NCBI GenBank assembly: GCA_963715285.1
Contig: CAVQRU010000008.1
Span: 13,653-77,652, forward strand
From: Ilumatobacteraceae bacterium
Lineage (GTDB): Bacteria > Actinomycetota > Acidimicrobiia > Acidimicrobiales > Ilumatobacteraceae
Length of the DNA stretch: 64,000 nucleotides
Reading direction: 5' to 3'
A program made the translations under genes and the position numbers. Below the pieces are notes generated by a model that did no database searches, was not told the origin of the DNA, and saw nothing but the letters and a program-made list of their open reading frames with translations. Positions 33,889-43,432 of this stretch are shown piece by piece. Each line of letters opens with the position of its first letter. The first letter of the stretch is position 1.

Positions 33889-34325
33889 CGGGCGAACACC
33901 TGCGTGTCGTCGGCGAAGGCCTTGAACTCGAGCGCGTTGCCCGAGGGATCGAGCAGGAACATCGTCGACTGTTCACCGACCTGCCCGGCGAAGCGGGTGT
34001 GCGGCTCGATCACGAACGGCGTCGCCGCCTCGACCAACCGGGCGGCGAGCGCCGTCCAGTCGTCGGGTGTGAGCAGCACGCCGAAGTGCGGGACCGGGAC
34101 GTCGTCGCCGTCGACCGGATTCGACAGGGTCGAGGGTCGGTGGGTCGGGTCGAGGTGGGCGACGAACTGGTGGCCGTACAGGTCGAAGTCGACCCAGGTG
34201 TCGCTCGAACGACCCTCGGGACAACCGAGCAGCTCGCCGTAGAACGAGCGGGCGGCGGCGAGGTCGTGTACCGGCATCGCCAGGTGGAAGCGGGGTCGAT
34301 CGTGCCCTGTCATGTTCGGTGTCAT
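33885..34325 (-). CDS. VOC/glyoxalase-family protein
   Basis: [22 protein letters not shown]...HFGVLL...[14 protein letters not shown]. The start is ATG 34325 or 34313. Confidence 0.75.
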   Translation of the reverse strand: MTPNMTGHDRPRFHLAMPVHDLAAARSFYGELLGCPEGRSSDTWVDFDLYGHQFVAHLDPTHRPSTLSNPVDGDDVPVPHFGVLLTPDDWTALAARLVEAATPFVIEPHTRFAGQVGEQSTMFLLDPSGNALEFKAFADDTQVFAR

Positions 34326-34327
34326 GG

Positions 34328-34765
34328 TCAGTGCGGCAGCACGTAGGTGCCCTGCGCCGTCGCCGTCGGTTTGTCCTCGCGGTCGTCGCACCACACCTGC
34401 ACCGTGCCCACCACGTTGCGTCGGCCCGCGACGTCGAGCGTCGCCCGCGCCCAGAGCACCGACCCCTGCGCCGGGCGCAGGAACCGGATCGACAGCTCCG
34501 AGGTGAGCGCCATCGGCTCGATCCGGCCGGTGGCTCCGAACACGAGATACCACAGCGCGGCATCGGCGAGGCCGAACTGCGACGGGCCGGAGATGAACGC
34601 GCCCGGCCGGAGCTCCTCGTCGCAGATGTCACGGCGGGCGACCGCCGCGGAGGAAGTCAGCTCGGTGCACGTGTTGTTCGATCCGGGGAACAGTTCGCCG
34701 ATCATCTCGTTCACGGCCGCCACATCGGGAACCGAGCCGTACGTCTGTGTGTCGGCGGAGGGCAT
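34328..34765 (-). CDS. PaaI-family (hotdog-fold) thioesterase
   Basis: 145 aa. [18 protein letters not shown]...[12 protein letters not shown] pattern of PaaI/YbgC-like hotdog proteins. Confidence 0.75.
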   Translation of the reverse strand: MPSADTQTYGSVPDVAAVNEMIGELFPGSNNTCTELTSSAAVARRDICDEELRPGAFISGPSQFGLADAALWYLVFGATGRIEPMALTSELSIRFLRPAQGSVLWARATLDVAGRRNVVGTVQVWCDDREDKPTATAQGTYVLPH

Positions 34766-34811
34766 GAGCCGACGCTAGCGAGCTTCGTCCGGCCACCGAA
34801 ACCGTGGCATC

Positions 34812-36086
34812 GTGTCGCCCATGACCGATGCTGGTGCCGGCCGACCCTCTCTCGATCGCGTCGTCGTGGTGGGCGCATCACTCGCAGGACTGCGCGCCGC
34901 CGAGACGCTTCGGCAACACGATGCGGTCGGCTCGGTGATCGTCGTCGGCGACGAACCGCATCGTCCGTACGATCGCCCGCCGCTGTCGAAGAAGTTGCTC
35001 TCCGGTGAGTGGGAGCCCGATCGGATCCATCTCCGTCAGCCCGATGTCTTCGACGACCTCGATGTCGAGTGGCGTCTCGGCGCCGGTGCGATCGCGCTCG
35101 ACCTCGGCACGGCAACCGGCCGGCGGACGGTCCAACTCGCGGATGGCTCGACGGTCGGCTTCGACAGCCTGATCATCGCGACGGGCGCCCGCCCCCGGCG
35201 ACTTCCAGGTCACGACGACTTCGACCACGTGCACGAGTTGCGTTCACTCGACGACGCGCTCGCCCTTCGCGCCGAGATCGCGCCCGGCGGCCGACGCGTG
35301 GTCGTGATCGGTGCGGGATTCATCGGGCTCGAGGTGGCTGCCACGGCCAAGACACTCGGCAACGACGTGGTGGTGCTCGAGGGCGCGTCGGCGCCGTTGA
35401 TCCGTGGGCTCGGCGTCGCGATGGGCGAAGCGATCGCCGGACTGCATCGGGCCCACGGTGTCGACGTCCGCTGCGACGTGCGCATCGATGCCTTGACCCA
35501 CGACGGTGTCCGCCTCGCCGACGGTGAGCTGGTGCCGGCCGAGGTGGTGGTGGTCGGCATCGGGGTCGCACCGGTGACCGACTGGCTCGACGGGAGCGGG
35601 CTCGAGATCCGCGATGGCGTGGTGTGCAACGCGGCGCTCAACGCCCTCGGGGTCGGTGGCGACCTGGTTCCGGGCGTGTTCGCGGCCGGCGACGTCGCCC
35701 GGTGGCCGAACGGGTTGTTCGGCGAGGAGATGCGCGTCGAGCACTGGACCAACGCCGCCGAGCAGGGGGCACATGCTGCGACCAACCTCGTCCGTCTCGC
35801 TGCGGGAGAGGACGCCGAACCGTATGCGCCGCTCCCGTTCTTCTGGAGCGACCAGTTCGAGCATCGCATCCAGTTCCTCGGACGGGCCTCGGCCGATGAC
35901 GACGTCCAGGTCGTCGCCGGATCGGTCGACGACGGGAAGTTCCTCACACTCTTCGGCCGCGACGGCCGACTGCACGGCGCGCTCGGCGTGAACGCTCCAC
36001 GGTGGGTGATGCCCACACGAAAGCTGTTCATGGAACACGCGACCTGGGAGGAGGCCCTCACGGCCGGGCGCGCGCTCGGTGCGTAG
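34812..36086 (+). CDS. FAD/NAD(P)-dependent ferredoxin-reductase-type oxidoreductase
   Basis: VVVVGASLAGLRAA, YDRPPLSK, a second Rossmann VVVIGAGFIGLEVAA, and GDVARW. Confidence 0.9.
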   Translation: MSPMTDAGAGRPSLDRVVVVGASLAGLRAAETLRQHDAVGSVIVVGDEPHRPYDRPPLSKKLLSGEWEPDRIHLRQPDVFDDLDVEWRLGAGAIALDLGTATGRRTVQLADGSTVGFDSLIIATGARPRRLPGHDDFDHVHELRSLDDALALRAEIAPGGRRVVVIGAGFIGLEVAATAKTLGNDVVVLEGASAPLIRGLGVAMGEAIAGLHRAHGVDVRCDVRIDALTHDGVRLADGELVPAEVVVVGIGVAPVTDWLDGSGLEIRDGVVCNAALNALGVGGDLVPGVFAAGDVARWPNGLFGEEMRVEHWTNAAEQGAHAATNLVRLAAGEDAEPYAPLPFFWSDQFEHRIQFLGRASADDDVQVVAGSVDDGKFLTLFGRDGRLHGALGVNAPRWVMPTRKLFMEHATWEEALTAGRALGA

Positions 36087-36095
36087 GCTCGGCAC

Positions 36096-37334
36096 ATGAC
36101 CGGGGCCTCACACATCTCCAACGTCTGGGCGAAGACCACCGATCTCCAGGTGGTGAGCGGTCATGGCTGTCGGGTCGTCGACGTGAACGGCATCGAGTAC
36201 CTCGACTTCACCGCCGGCATCGCCGCTGCGTCGACCGGTCACTCGCACCCGAGCGTCGTGAGGGCGATCAGCGAGCAGGCCGGCCGGTTCATCCACGCCC
36301 AGCAGAACGTCTACACGCACGATCTGCTCGAGCCGCTCGGAGCCCGACTCGCCGAGATCACCCCGGCCTCGATCGAGACGTTCTTCTTCGGCAACTCGAG
36401 TGACGAGATCGTCGAGATCGCCGTCAAGGTGGCCAAGCATGCAACCGGCCGTCACTCGGTCGTCGTGCTCGACGGCGCCTTCCACGGTCGCACCAATCTC
36501 ACGATGGCGATGTCGACCTCGCGGTCGATCGACCGGGCCGGCTACGGACCGTTTCCGCCCGGGGTGTTCGTCGCACCGTTCCCCGACCCGCACGCGTCCG
36601 ATCAAGAGGCGGAGATCACCGGGGCGCTCCGAGGACTCGACCGGATCTTCCAGACGCAGGTCGTCCCGTCGGAGGTGGCCGCGATCGTGGTCGAGCCCGT
36701 GATCAGCGAGCGGGGGTACATTCCGACGCCCGCAGGATTCATCAGTGGTCTGGCGGAGCGGTGCCGTGAGCACGGGATCCTGTTCGTGGCCGACGAGGTC
36801 CAGAGCGGCTTCGGGCGGACCGGCAAGATGTTCGCGATCGAAGCCCACCACGTCGAACCCGACATGTTGATCATGGCCAAGGGCATCGCCTCCGGGTTCC
36901 CGTTCGCGGCGCTCGGCATGCGCCGGTCGATCGACGACTCCTGGCGCGTCGGGAGTCAGGGCGGCTCGTCCAACGGCAACCCGATCGGCTGTGCGGCGGC
37001 CCTCGCCACGATCGACGTCCTCACCGAACCAGGGTTCCTGGACAACGTGCACGCACGGGGAAACCAGCTGATCGATGCGCTCCGCGAGATGCAGCAACTC
37101 GACGAGTCGCTGCGGTACGTCCGCGGTCGCGGTCTCATGGTCGCCACCGAGTTCGATTCGGAGCAGCGGGCCCGCGACATCGTCGAGTACTGCCTGAGCG
37201 AGCGTCGCGTGATCCTGATGACGGCGGGGACCCGCAACCGCACGATCAGGTGGATGCCGCCGCTCGTGGTCACCTCGAAGGAGATCGACGAGGCGGTGCA
37301 GGCGTTCGGAGCCGCGATCCGCGCGACGGGCTGA
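36096..37334 (+). CDS. class III (omega/GABA-type) PLP aminotransferase
   Basis: DGAFHGRT, FVADEVQSGFGRTGKMFA and the PLP-Lys context LIMAKGIASGFP. Confidence 0.9.
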   Translation: MTGASHISNVWAKTTDLQVVSGHGCRVVDVNGIEYLDFTAGIAAASTGHSHPSVVRAISEQAGRFIHAQQNVYTHDLLEPLGARLAEITPASIETFFFGNSSDEIVEIAVKVAKHATGRHSVVVLDGAFHGRTNLTMAMSTSRSIDRAGYGPFPPGVFVAPFPDPHASDQEAEITGALRGLDRIFQTQVVPSEVAAIVVEPVISERGYIPTPAGFISGLAERCREHGILFVADEVQSGFGRTGKMFAIEAHHVEPDMLIMAKGIASGFPFAALGMRRSIDDSWRVGSQGGSSNGNPIGCAAALATIDVLTEPGFLDNVHARGNQLIDALREMQQLDESLRYVRGRGLMVATEFDSEQRARDIVEYCLSERRVILMTAGTRNRTIRWMPPLVVTSKEIDEAVQAFGAAIRATG

Positions 37335-37337
37335 GCC

Positions 37338-37823
37338 GTGGCTCGTCTCGATGCGTCGCGCATCGCTGCCTGGCGGGGGCTCCAAGCGGTCGTCGGCCAG
37401 ATCGAACGAGGGCTCGACGAGGAGCTGCGGGCGGACTGGGACATCCAGCTCGGATGGTTCGACGTGCTCGCGTCGCTCCAGCGCCTGGGCGGCCGGGCAC
37501 GGCCGCTCGATGTCGCCGCGGATCTCCGCCTGCCACCGTCGAGCCTCAGCCGCCGTCTCGATCGGCTGCAGGAGGAGGGCTGGATCGCCCGGCACCGCCA
37601 CGTGCCCGGCGCGGATCACCGCGCCGTCGAGATCGAACTCACGCGGACCGGTCGGCGCCTGTGGCGGGAGATGAACGTCAGCTACCGCCGAGCGATCCAG
37701 GCGCAGTTCGCGATCCATCTCGACGACGACGACATCGACGACATCCGACGGATCCTCGACCTGCTGATCGGCCTCGACCCCGAACCGCCGGACGTCACAT
37801 CTGGGGTCAGACCCCAGATGTGA
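37338..37823 (+). CDS. MarR family transcriptional regulator
   Basis: GTG start 3 nt after the aminotransferase stop. Pattern WFDVLASLQRLGGRARPLDVAADLRLPPSSLSRRLDRLQEEGWIAR. The last 11 codons lie inside the palindrome 37791-37827. Confidence 0.8.
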   Translation: MARLDASRIAAWRGLQAVVGQIERGLDEELRADWDIQLGWFDVLASLQRLGGRARPLDVAADLRLPPSSLSRRLDRLQEEGWIARHRHVPGADHRAVEIELTRTGRRLWREMNVSYRRAIQAQFAIHLDDDDIDDIRRILDLLIGLDPEPPDVTSGVRPQM

Positions 37824-37827
37824 CGTC
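37791..37827. repeat. perfect 18-1-18 palindrome GACGTCACATCTGGGGTC-A-GACCCCAGATGTGACGTC
   Basis: Read directly. Same family as 27273-27307. Spans the MarR stop codon, between convergent genes. Confidence 0.9.
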
Positions 37828-37837
37828 ACGCGTGGCG

Positions 37838-39667
37838 TCAGTCGAGGCCGGCGTACATCGCCTCGATCTCCTCGGCGTAGCGGGCGTTGACACCGCGGCG
37901 CTTGAGCTTCGAGGTCGGGGTGAGCATGTCGCTGTCGGGCATCCACTCCTCGCCGACGAGGGTGAACTTCTTGATCTGCTCGACCTGGGCGAACTGCTGG
38001 TTGACCTCGTCGATTCCGGCCTGCACCTCGGCGAGCACGTCGGGGTCGACAGCCAGCTCCGCCAACGACAGGCTCTCCTTGCCGTTGGCCTTGGACCACA
38101 CCGTGGTGGCCTCGGGATCGAGCACGAGGATCGCGGACACGAACTTGCGTCCGTCACCGATCGCGGCCGCCTGGCCGATCAGCGGGATCGTCTTCAGCGC
38201 GGCCTCGAGGTTGGCGGGGCTGATGTTCTTGCCTCCCGAGGTGATGATCAACTCCTTCTTGCGGTCGACGATGCGGATGTAGCCCTCGTCGTCGATCTCC
38301 CCGATGTCGCCGGAGTGCAACCAGCCGTCGACGATCGTCTCGGCGGTCTTGTCGGGCTGCTTGAAGTATCCCTGGAACACGTTGCCGCCGCGACAGATCA
38401 CCTCACCGTCGTCGGCGATCCTCACCTCCATCCCGTGGCAGCCTCGGCCGACGGTGCCGATCTTCGGGCGCTCGGGTGAGAACGTCATCGGACCGGTCGT
38501 CTCCGACATCCCGTAGATCTCGACGAGCGGCACGCCGATCGCGTTGAACCACTCGAGGACCGGTACGGGGATCGGCGCGGCGCCGGTGATCGCCAGTTCG
38601 ATCGCGTCGAGGCCCACGAGCGCCCTCACGTTGGCGAAGGCCACGCTGTCGAGGAAGTCGAGGGTGGCCTGTTGTTCGTCGGTGAACTCGCCGTCGAGGT
38701 TCGAACGTCGGATCTCGATCGCTGCGTTGACGCCGTCGTCGAACTGGCCCTTGCGCTCGGGGTCGGCGGCGAGGGCGGCGTTGACGCCGTTGTAGATCTT
38801 CTCCCACACACGCGGTACACCGAACGCCAGCTGGGGGTGCACCTCCTTCAGGTACATCGTGAGCTGGTTGGGGTCCGGGCAGCAGTAGACGCTGTAGCCG
38901 AGGATCATGCTCTGGTAGTGGCTGACGGCCCGCTCGGCGATGTGGGCCATCGGCAGGTACGACACCACGCGCATCCCGAGGAAGTCGTCGAACTCGATCG
39001 AACGCTTGAGGATCTCGATCGTGTACACGACGTTGTACTGGCTGATCATCACGCCCTTCGGCGGGCCGGTCGTGCCCGAGGTGTAGATCAGCGTCGCGAT
39101 GTCGTCGGGGTCGGTCGCCGCCGCCAACTCGGCGAGGTCGGCTGAACCGTGCTCCAGCAGATCGCTCGCGGGGAACACGCCCTCGGGCAGCGGACCCTCC
39201 GGCGGTTCGACGACGTAGATGCGCTCGAGCAGCGGCAGCTCGGCCCGCACCTTCAGGATGCGGTCGAGGAACCCACCGTCCTCGACGATGGCGACGCGGG
39301 CTTCGGCGTGGCCGGCGAGGTACTGGACCTCCTCGGGCGACGACGAGTTGTAGATGCTGACCGGCGTGGCCCGCAGGAACTGGCACGCCGCGTCGAACCA
39401 GTGGAAGTCGGGACGATTGCGCATCATCAGCAGCAGGCGTTCGCCCGCTCCGACTCCGACCGTCGCCAACCCTGCCGCCGCCCGGGCGACCTGGTCGGCG
39501 TACTCCTGCACCGTCCAGACGTTCCAACCGCTGTCACCCGACATCGAGTGCAGCGCCGGCGACGTGGGCGCCCGTCTGATGAGGTCGAGGAACAACTGCG
39601 GAGCGGTCGAGCGACCGGTGGCGGCTTCGACCTCGGCGATCGTGGACAAGGGCATCAACGTGGACAT
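37838..39667 (-). CDS. long-chain fatty-acid--CoA ligase (AMP-dependent synthetase)
   Basis: AMP-binding motif YTSGTTGPPKGV, GYGMSET-like IYGMSETTG, GWLHSGDIG and KLKRR near the C-terminus. Confidence 0.9.
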   Translation of the reverse strand: MSTLMPLSTIAEVEAATGRSTAPQLFLDLIRRAPTSPALHSMSGDSGWNVWTVQEYADQVARAAAGLATVGVGAGERLLLMMRNRPDFHWFDAACQFLRATPVSIYNSSSPEEVQYLAGHAEARVAIVEDGGFLDRILKVRAELPLLERIYVVEPPEGPLPEGVFPASDLLEHGSADLAELAAATDPDDIATLIYTSGTTGPPKGVMISQYNVVYTIEILKRSIEFDDFLGMRVVSYLPMAHIAERAVSHYQSMILGYSVYCCPDPNQLTMYLKEVHPQLAFGVPRVWEKIYNGVNAALAADPERKGQFDDGVNAAIEIRRSNLDGEFTDEQQATLDFLDSVAFANVRALVGLDAIELAITGAAPIPVPVLEWFNAIGVPLVEIYGMSETTGPMTFSPERPKIGTVGRGCHGMEVRIADDGEVICRGGNVFQGYFKQPDKTAETIVDGWLHSGDIGEIDDEGYIRIVDRKKELIITSGGKNISPANLEAALKTIPLIGQAAAIGDGRKFVSAILVLDPEATTVWSKANGKESLSLAELAVDPDVLAEVQAGIDEVNQQFAQVEQIKKFTLVGEEWMPDSDMLTPTSKLKRRGVNARYAEEIEAMYAGLD

Positions 39668-39771
39668 GTGGTCATTGTCACACGACTCGGCGCCGAGGTG
39701 AACCTCGGGGCCCGAGGATCGCGCTCGGACGACGGGCGTGACGGTGATCGCGATGTCGGTAGCGTGACCGG

Positions 39772-40038
39772 ATGCCGGCCGTGTCGACCATCATCTGGGT
39801 GGGCGCAGGGGTCCTGATGGGCTACCTCCTGTGGAAAACCGGGATCATGATGTTGCGCAGCATGACGTCGATGCCGCCCGAGCCGCCCCCGACCGGCGAA
39901 CTCCGCAAGGTGAACCGCAGGTATCGCTGCGATGTCTGCGGGGTGGAGCTGAAGTTGACGATGGCTCCGGACGAGGACCCTCCGCCCCCTCGACACTGCC
40001 TCGAGGACATGACGGAGATCGCTCCGCTCTACGACTGA
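39772..40038 (+). CDS. hypothetical small membrane protein with a Cys-x2-Cys...His-Cys knuckle
   Basis: 88 aa. N-terminal TM IIWVGAGVLMGYLLW, then YRCDVCGVELKL...PRHCLEDM. Confidence 0.4.
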   Translation: MPAVSTIIWVGAGVLMGYLLWKTGIMMLRSMTSMPPEPPPTGELRKVNRRYRCDVCGVELKLTMAPDEDPPPPRHCLEDMTEIAPLYD

Positions 40039-40185
40039 GGGCCTCGCCGGTCGTCGTGCCGACCCCGAATCCGCAGTTGTCCACAGCATTGGGGACAACC
40101 TGGGTGGAACCACATCGATGTCATTCGACGTTTCCCACAGACCGAGAACGTCAGGGTCGGCGCGGCCGGCGGTGCGTTCGCGACG

Positions 40186-40500
40186 TCAACGCCACTTGGT
40201 GGCGGTCCAGAGCCCACCGAGGATGCACACGAGCCCGATCAGCGTCGGAATGTTGCTGTCGGTGAAGACCAGGTAGCGCGCCATGATCATCAGGCCGCCG
40301 ATGATCAACAGCGCCAGCATGATGATCGGAATCCAGTGCGGCGGGATCAACTCGCGTTTGGTCGCCTTGGGCGTGTAGCGCGACGACGCCGCCACGGCGT
40401 GGTGCGGTTCGTCGGACGAGGCCTGGGTGTGCCGGTCCTCGGGCCGGGTCCCCTTGGGGGTCACCCGGCCACCGCCGGTCTTTCGCTTCGGGGGAGCCAT
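40186..40500 (-). CDS. crgA: cell-division protein CrgA
   Basis: MAPPKRKTGGGRVTPKG..SSRYTPK, two TMs (WIPIIMLALLIIGGLMIMARY; LIGLVCILGGLWTATKW), and conserved position next to pabA/pknB. Confidence 0.85.
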   Translation of the reverse strand: MAPPKRKTGGGRVTPKGTRPEDRHTQASSDEPHHAVAASSRYTPKATKRELIPPHWIPIIMLALLIIGGLMIMARYLVFTDSNIPTLIGLVCILGGLWTATKWR

Positions 40501-40581
40501 GCAGGGTGGAGCATACGTGATCGGACGGGGAGAGCGTTCACGGGCGTCGCTGGTCGCTCGTGGCGAATCGACGTCACCGCG

Positions 40582-41199
40582 ATGCGGTGGGCGGCCCATA
40601 CTGGTGCGGTGCCGCGTGTCCTCGTGATCGACAGCTATGACAGCTTCGTGTACAACCTCGTCCAGTATCTCGGCGAACTCGGTGCGGAGCCGGTCGTCGT
40701 CCGCAACGACCAGGTGACGGTGGCTGATGCCGTGGCGATGGAGCCCGACGCCGTGCTGTTGTCGCCGGGCCCCGGACGACCCGAGACGAGCGGCATCATC
40801 TGCGATGCGATCGGATCGTTCGCCTCGATCGGCACACCGGTGTTCGGCGTCTGCCTGGGTCACCAGGCGATCGGTCACGTGTACGGCGCCGCCGTGGTCG
40901 GTGCGCCCGAGTTGATGCACGGCAAGACATCGGAGATCCTGCACGACGGCACGGGCGTGTTCGCCGGTCTCCCGTCGCCGTTGACCGCCACCCGATACCA
41001 CTCGTTGACCCTCGAGCCGTCGAGCATTCCCGACGAGTTGGCCGTCACGGCGCGTAGCGCCGACGGCGTCGTGATGGGTGTGCGTCATCGCACCCTCGAC
41101 GTGGAGGGTGTCCAGTTCCACCCCGAGAGCATCCTGACGGGCCACGGTCACGACCTGCTCGCCAACTTCCTCGCTCGCGCCGCCCCGGTTGCATCCTGA
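40582..41199 (+). CDS. pabA: aminodeoxychorismate/anthranilate synthase component II (glutamine amidotransferase)
   Basis: LVIDSYDSFVYNLVQYL, catalytic GVCLGHQ and VQFHPES. The start is ATG 40582 or GTG 40609. The pabA versus trpG assignment is ambiguous. Confidence 0.9.
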   Translation: MRWAAHTGAVPRVLVIDSYDSFVYNLVQYLGELGAEPVVVRNDQVTVADAVAMEPDAVLLSPGPGRPETSGIICDAIGSFASIGTPVFGVCLGHQAIGHVYGAAVVGAPELMHGKTSEILHDGTGVFAGLPSPLTATRYHSLTLEPSSIPDELAVTARSADGVVMGVRHRTLDVEGVQFHPESILTGHGHDLLANFLARAAPVAS

Positions 41200-41202
41200 C
41201 GG

Positions 41203-41220
41203 CCCCGCCGATCGGCGGGG
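41203..41220. terminator. short GC hairpin between convergent pabA and pknB
   Basis: CCCCGCC-gatc-GGCGGGG. Confidence 0.4.
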
Positions 41221-43338
41221 TCAGGGGATCGTCGTCGTGGTCGGGATGATCGTCGTCGTGGTCGGGACGGTCGTGGTCGTGGTCGTCGTGGGAGGGATCG
41301 TCGTGGTCACGGGCGCGACCGCCTTGCCGACGGTGATGGTGATGGCGGTGCCGGGATCGGCCTGCGAGCCCGCGGGCAGGCTCTGTGCGATCACGCGACC
41401 GTCGTCGGGGCTGCCGGCGGCGACGTCGACGAACGCGACGTTGGGCACCAGCCCCTGCTCGGTCAGCGTGTTGGTCGCCTGAGCCTGCGTCCGCCCGACC
41501 ACGGCGGGCACCGTGATCGGCTCGGGCCCGTTCGAGACGATGATCAGGACGTCGCTGCCCTTCAGCACGAACTCGCCGGGCCCCGGGCGGACCTCCATCA
41601 CGGTGCCTGCCGACACGGTGGAGCTCGACCGGACATCGGTGGTCACCACGAACTCGTACGGCGGCCCGCTCAGGACATCACGCGCCTCGACCTCGTCCAT
41701 CCCGATCACTTCGCCGGGAACCTGGACACTGGCAGGAGGTGCAGCGACGACCAGGTTGACCGTGGTGCCCTGGAGCGCAGGCGTCCCGGCTGCCGGGTCG
41801 CTCGAGATCACGGTGTTCTCCGCGAGGTCGTCGCGCTCCTGTTGGATGATCTCGCCGACGACGAAGCCGTCGGCGGCCAAGCGCTCGCTGGCTTCGGCAA
41901 AGGGGAGCGCGACCACGTTGGGGACCGGGACCAGCTGCGGATCGGGGTTGAAGAAGATCTCGACCACCTGGTCCTTGAGGATCAGTGTGCCGGCGACCGG
42001 ATCGGTCCTCACCACGAAGTTGACCGCGACAAGGGAACTCTCCTCCGGCGTCGTGACGAATCGGATGTCCTTGGCGGTCAGATCGGCCGTCACCTCTTCG
42101 AGCGGGCGGTTGGTGTAGTCGTCGAGCACGAACTGTGTCGGCTCGGCCTCGCCCTCGTCGCCGCTCAGCGCCTGGAAGAGCAGGACGCCGCCGACCACGA
42201 GCAGGATCAGCGCGAGGAACGCGCCCAGTGCGTACCAACCCGTTCGCGACGGGTTGGTGTCGTAGTACATCGCGTCGGCGGATGCACCGGTGGGGTAGCC
42301 GGCTTCGACCATGCCGGTCGACGGGACCGAGGCCGCCCGAGGCGCACCCGCGGGGAGACTGCCGGTCGGTGCAATGGTGGGGTTGACCGTGGTGGCGCCT
42401 GCCACTGCGGCACCCGCGACTGCAGCACCTGCCACGGTGGCTGCACCAGCCGCGGCTCGCCCCTGCGCGTTGGCTGCGGCGGCGAGCGCCTGGACCGGTT
42501 CGTCGTTGCGGAAGCGGCGCAGGTCGTCGCGCAGGGCCGCGGCGCTCGGATAGCGCAGCTTGGGGTCCTTGGCGAGCAGCTTGGCGACGATTGCCTCGAA
42601 CGACCGTGGGACGTCGGCGACGATCTGCACGAGCGGTTGCGGTGCGTCATGGACCTGCTTGTACGCGATGCTCACCGGGTTCTCACCGGTGAACGGCGGC
42701 CGACCGGCGACCATCTCGTACATCACGATGCCGAGGGAGTAGAGGTCGCTGCGAGGGTCGGGCTGGGCCCCTTGGGCCTGTTCGGGCGAGAAGTACGTCG
42801 CGGTGCCCATCACCGAGCCGACCTGGGTGAGGTTCGACTCGGTCGGTGCGTTGAGTGCCCGAGCGATGCCGAAGTCGGCCACCTTCACCTGGCCGTTCGT
42901 ACCGATCAGGATGTTGGCGGGTTTGATGTCGCGGTGCGCGACGTGGTTGTCGTGCGCGAACCCGAGCGCAGCGGCGACCTCGCTCGCGATCTCCGCTGCC
43001 TGCTTCGACGTGAGCTGCTTGTTGGTGGTGAGGATCTCCGCCAACGTGCGGCCCTGCACCTCCTCCATCACGATGAAGTAGGTCCCCTCGTACTTGCCCC
43101 AGTCGTACACGTTGACGATGTTCGGGTGCGACAGGCTGGCCGCGGACTGTGCTTCTCGGCGGAACCGCTCGACGAAGTTGGCATCGGTGGCGAACTCGGG
43201 GAAGAGGACCTTGACGGCGACCTGGCGGTCGAGCAGGAGGTCGCGCGCGGAGAACACGTCGGCCATGCCGCCGCGCCCGATCCGTTTGTGGATCTCGTAA
43301 CGGTCGTTGATGACCGTCGCCTCGCCGTTGTTCGTCAC
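41221..43338 (-). CDS. pknB: Ser/Thr protein kinase PknB with four PASTA domains
   Basis: GRGGMADVF, VAVKVL, HRDIKPANIL, DFGIAR, one TM, four PASTA-like repeats and a poly-Thr tail. GTG 43338 has GAAGG 7 nt upstream. Confidence 0.95.
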   Translation of the reverse strand: MTNNGEATVINDRYEIHKRIGRGGMADVFSARDLLLDRQVAVKVLFPEFATDANFVERFRREAQSAASLSHPNIVNVYDWGKYEGTYFIVMEEVQGRTLAEILTTNKQLTSKQAAEIASEVAAALGFAHDNHVAHRDIKPANILIGTNGQVKVADFGIARALNAPTESNLTQVGSVMGTATYFSPEQAQGAQPDPRSDLYSLGIVMYEMVAGRPPFTGENPVSIAYKQVHDAPQPLVQIVADVPRSFEAIVAKLLAKDPKLRYPSAAALRDDLRRFRNDEPVQALAAAANAQGRAAAGAATVAGAAVAGAAVAGATTVNPTIAPTGSLPAGAPRAASVPSTGMVEAGYPTGASADAMYYDTNPSRTGWYALGAFLALILLVVGGVLLFQALSGDEGEAEPTQFVLDDYTNRPLEEVTADLTAKDIRFVTTPEESSLVAVNFVVRTDPVAGTLILKDQVVEIFFNPDPQLVPVPNVVALPFAEASERLAADGFVVGEIIQQERDDLAENTVISSDPAAGTPALQGTTVNLVVAAPPASVQVPGEVIGMDEVEARDVLSGPPYEFVVTTDVRSSSTVSAGTVMEVRPGPGEFVLKGSDVLIIVSNGPEPITVPAVVGRTQAQATNTLTEQGLVPNVAFVDVAAGSPDDGRVIAQSLPAGSQADPGTAITITVGKAVAPVTTTIPPTTTTTTTVPTTTTIIPTTTTIP

Positions 43339-43432
43339 GATGTGCCTTCTGCGCCGGAACTCCGGTTGACGGCGCTGGGCAAGGTTACCGAGCAGGTGTG
43401 GTGCATTCTCGGCAGTGTCGCCGGGTCCGGGT

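Noticed and set aside
40077-40085. Perfect actinobacterial DnaA-box TTGTCCACA, plus a TTTCCCACA-like box at 40131-40139, suggesting oriC.
   Set aside because: A single 9-mer match is expected by chance about once per 64 kb on both strands. There is no cluster of boxes, no AT-rich unwinding element and no dnaA/dnaN nearby.
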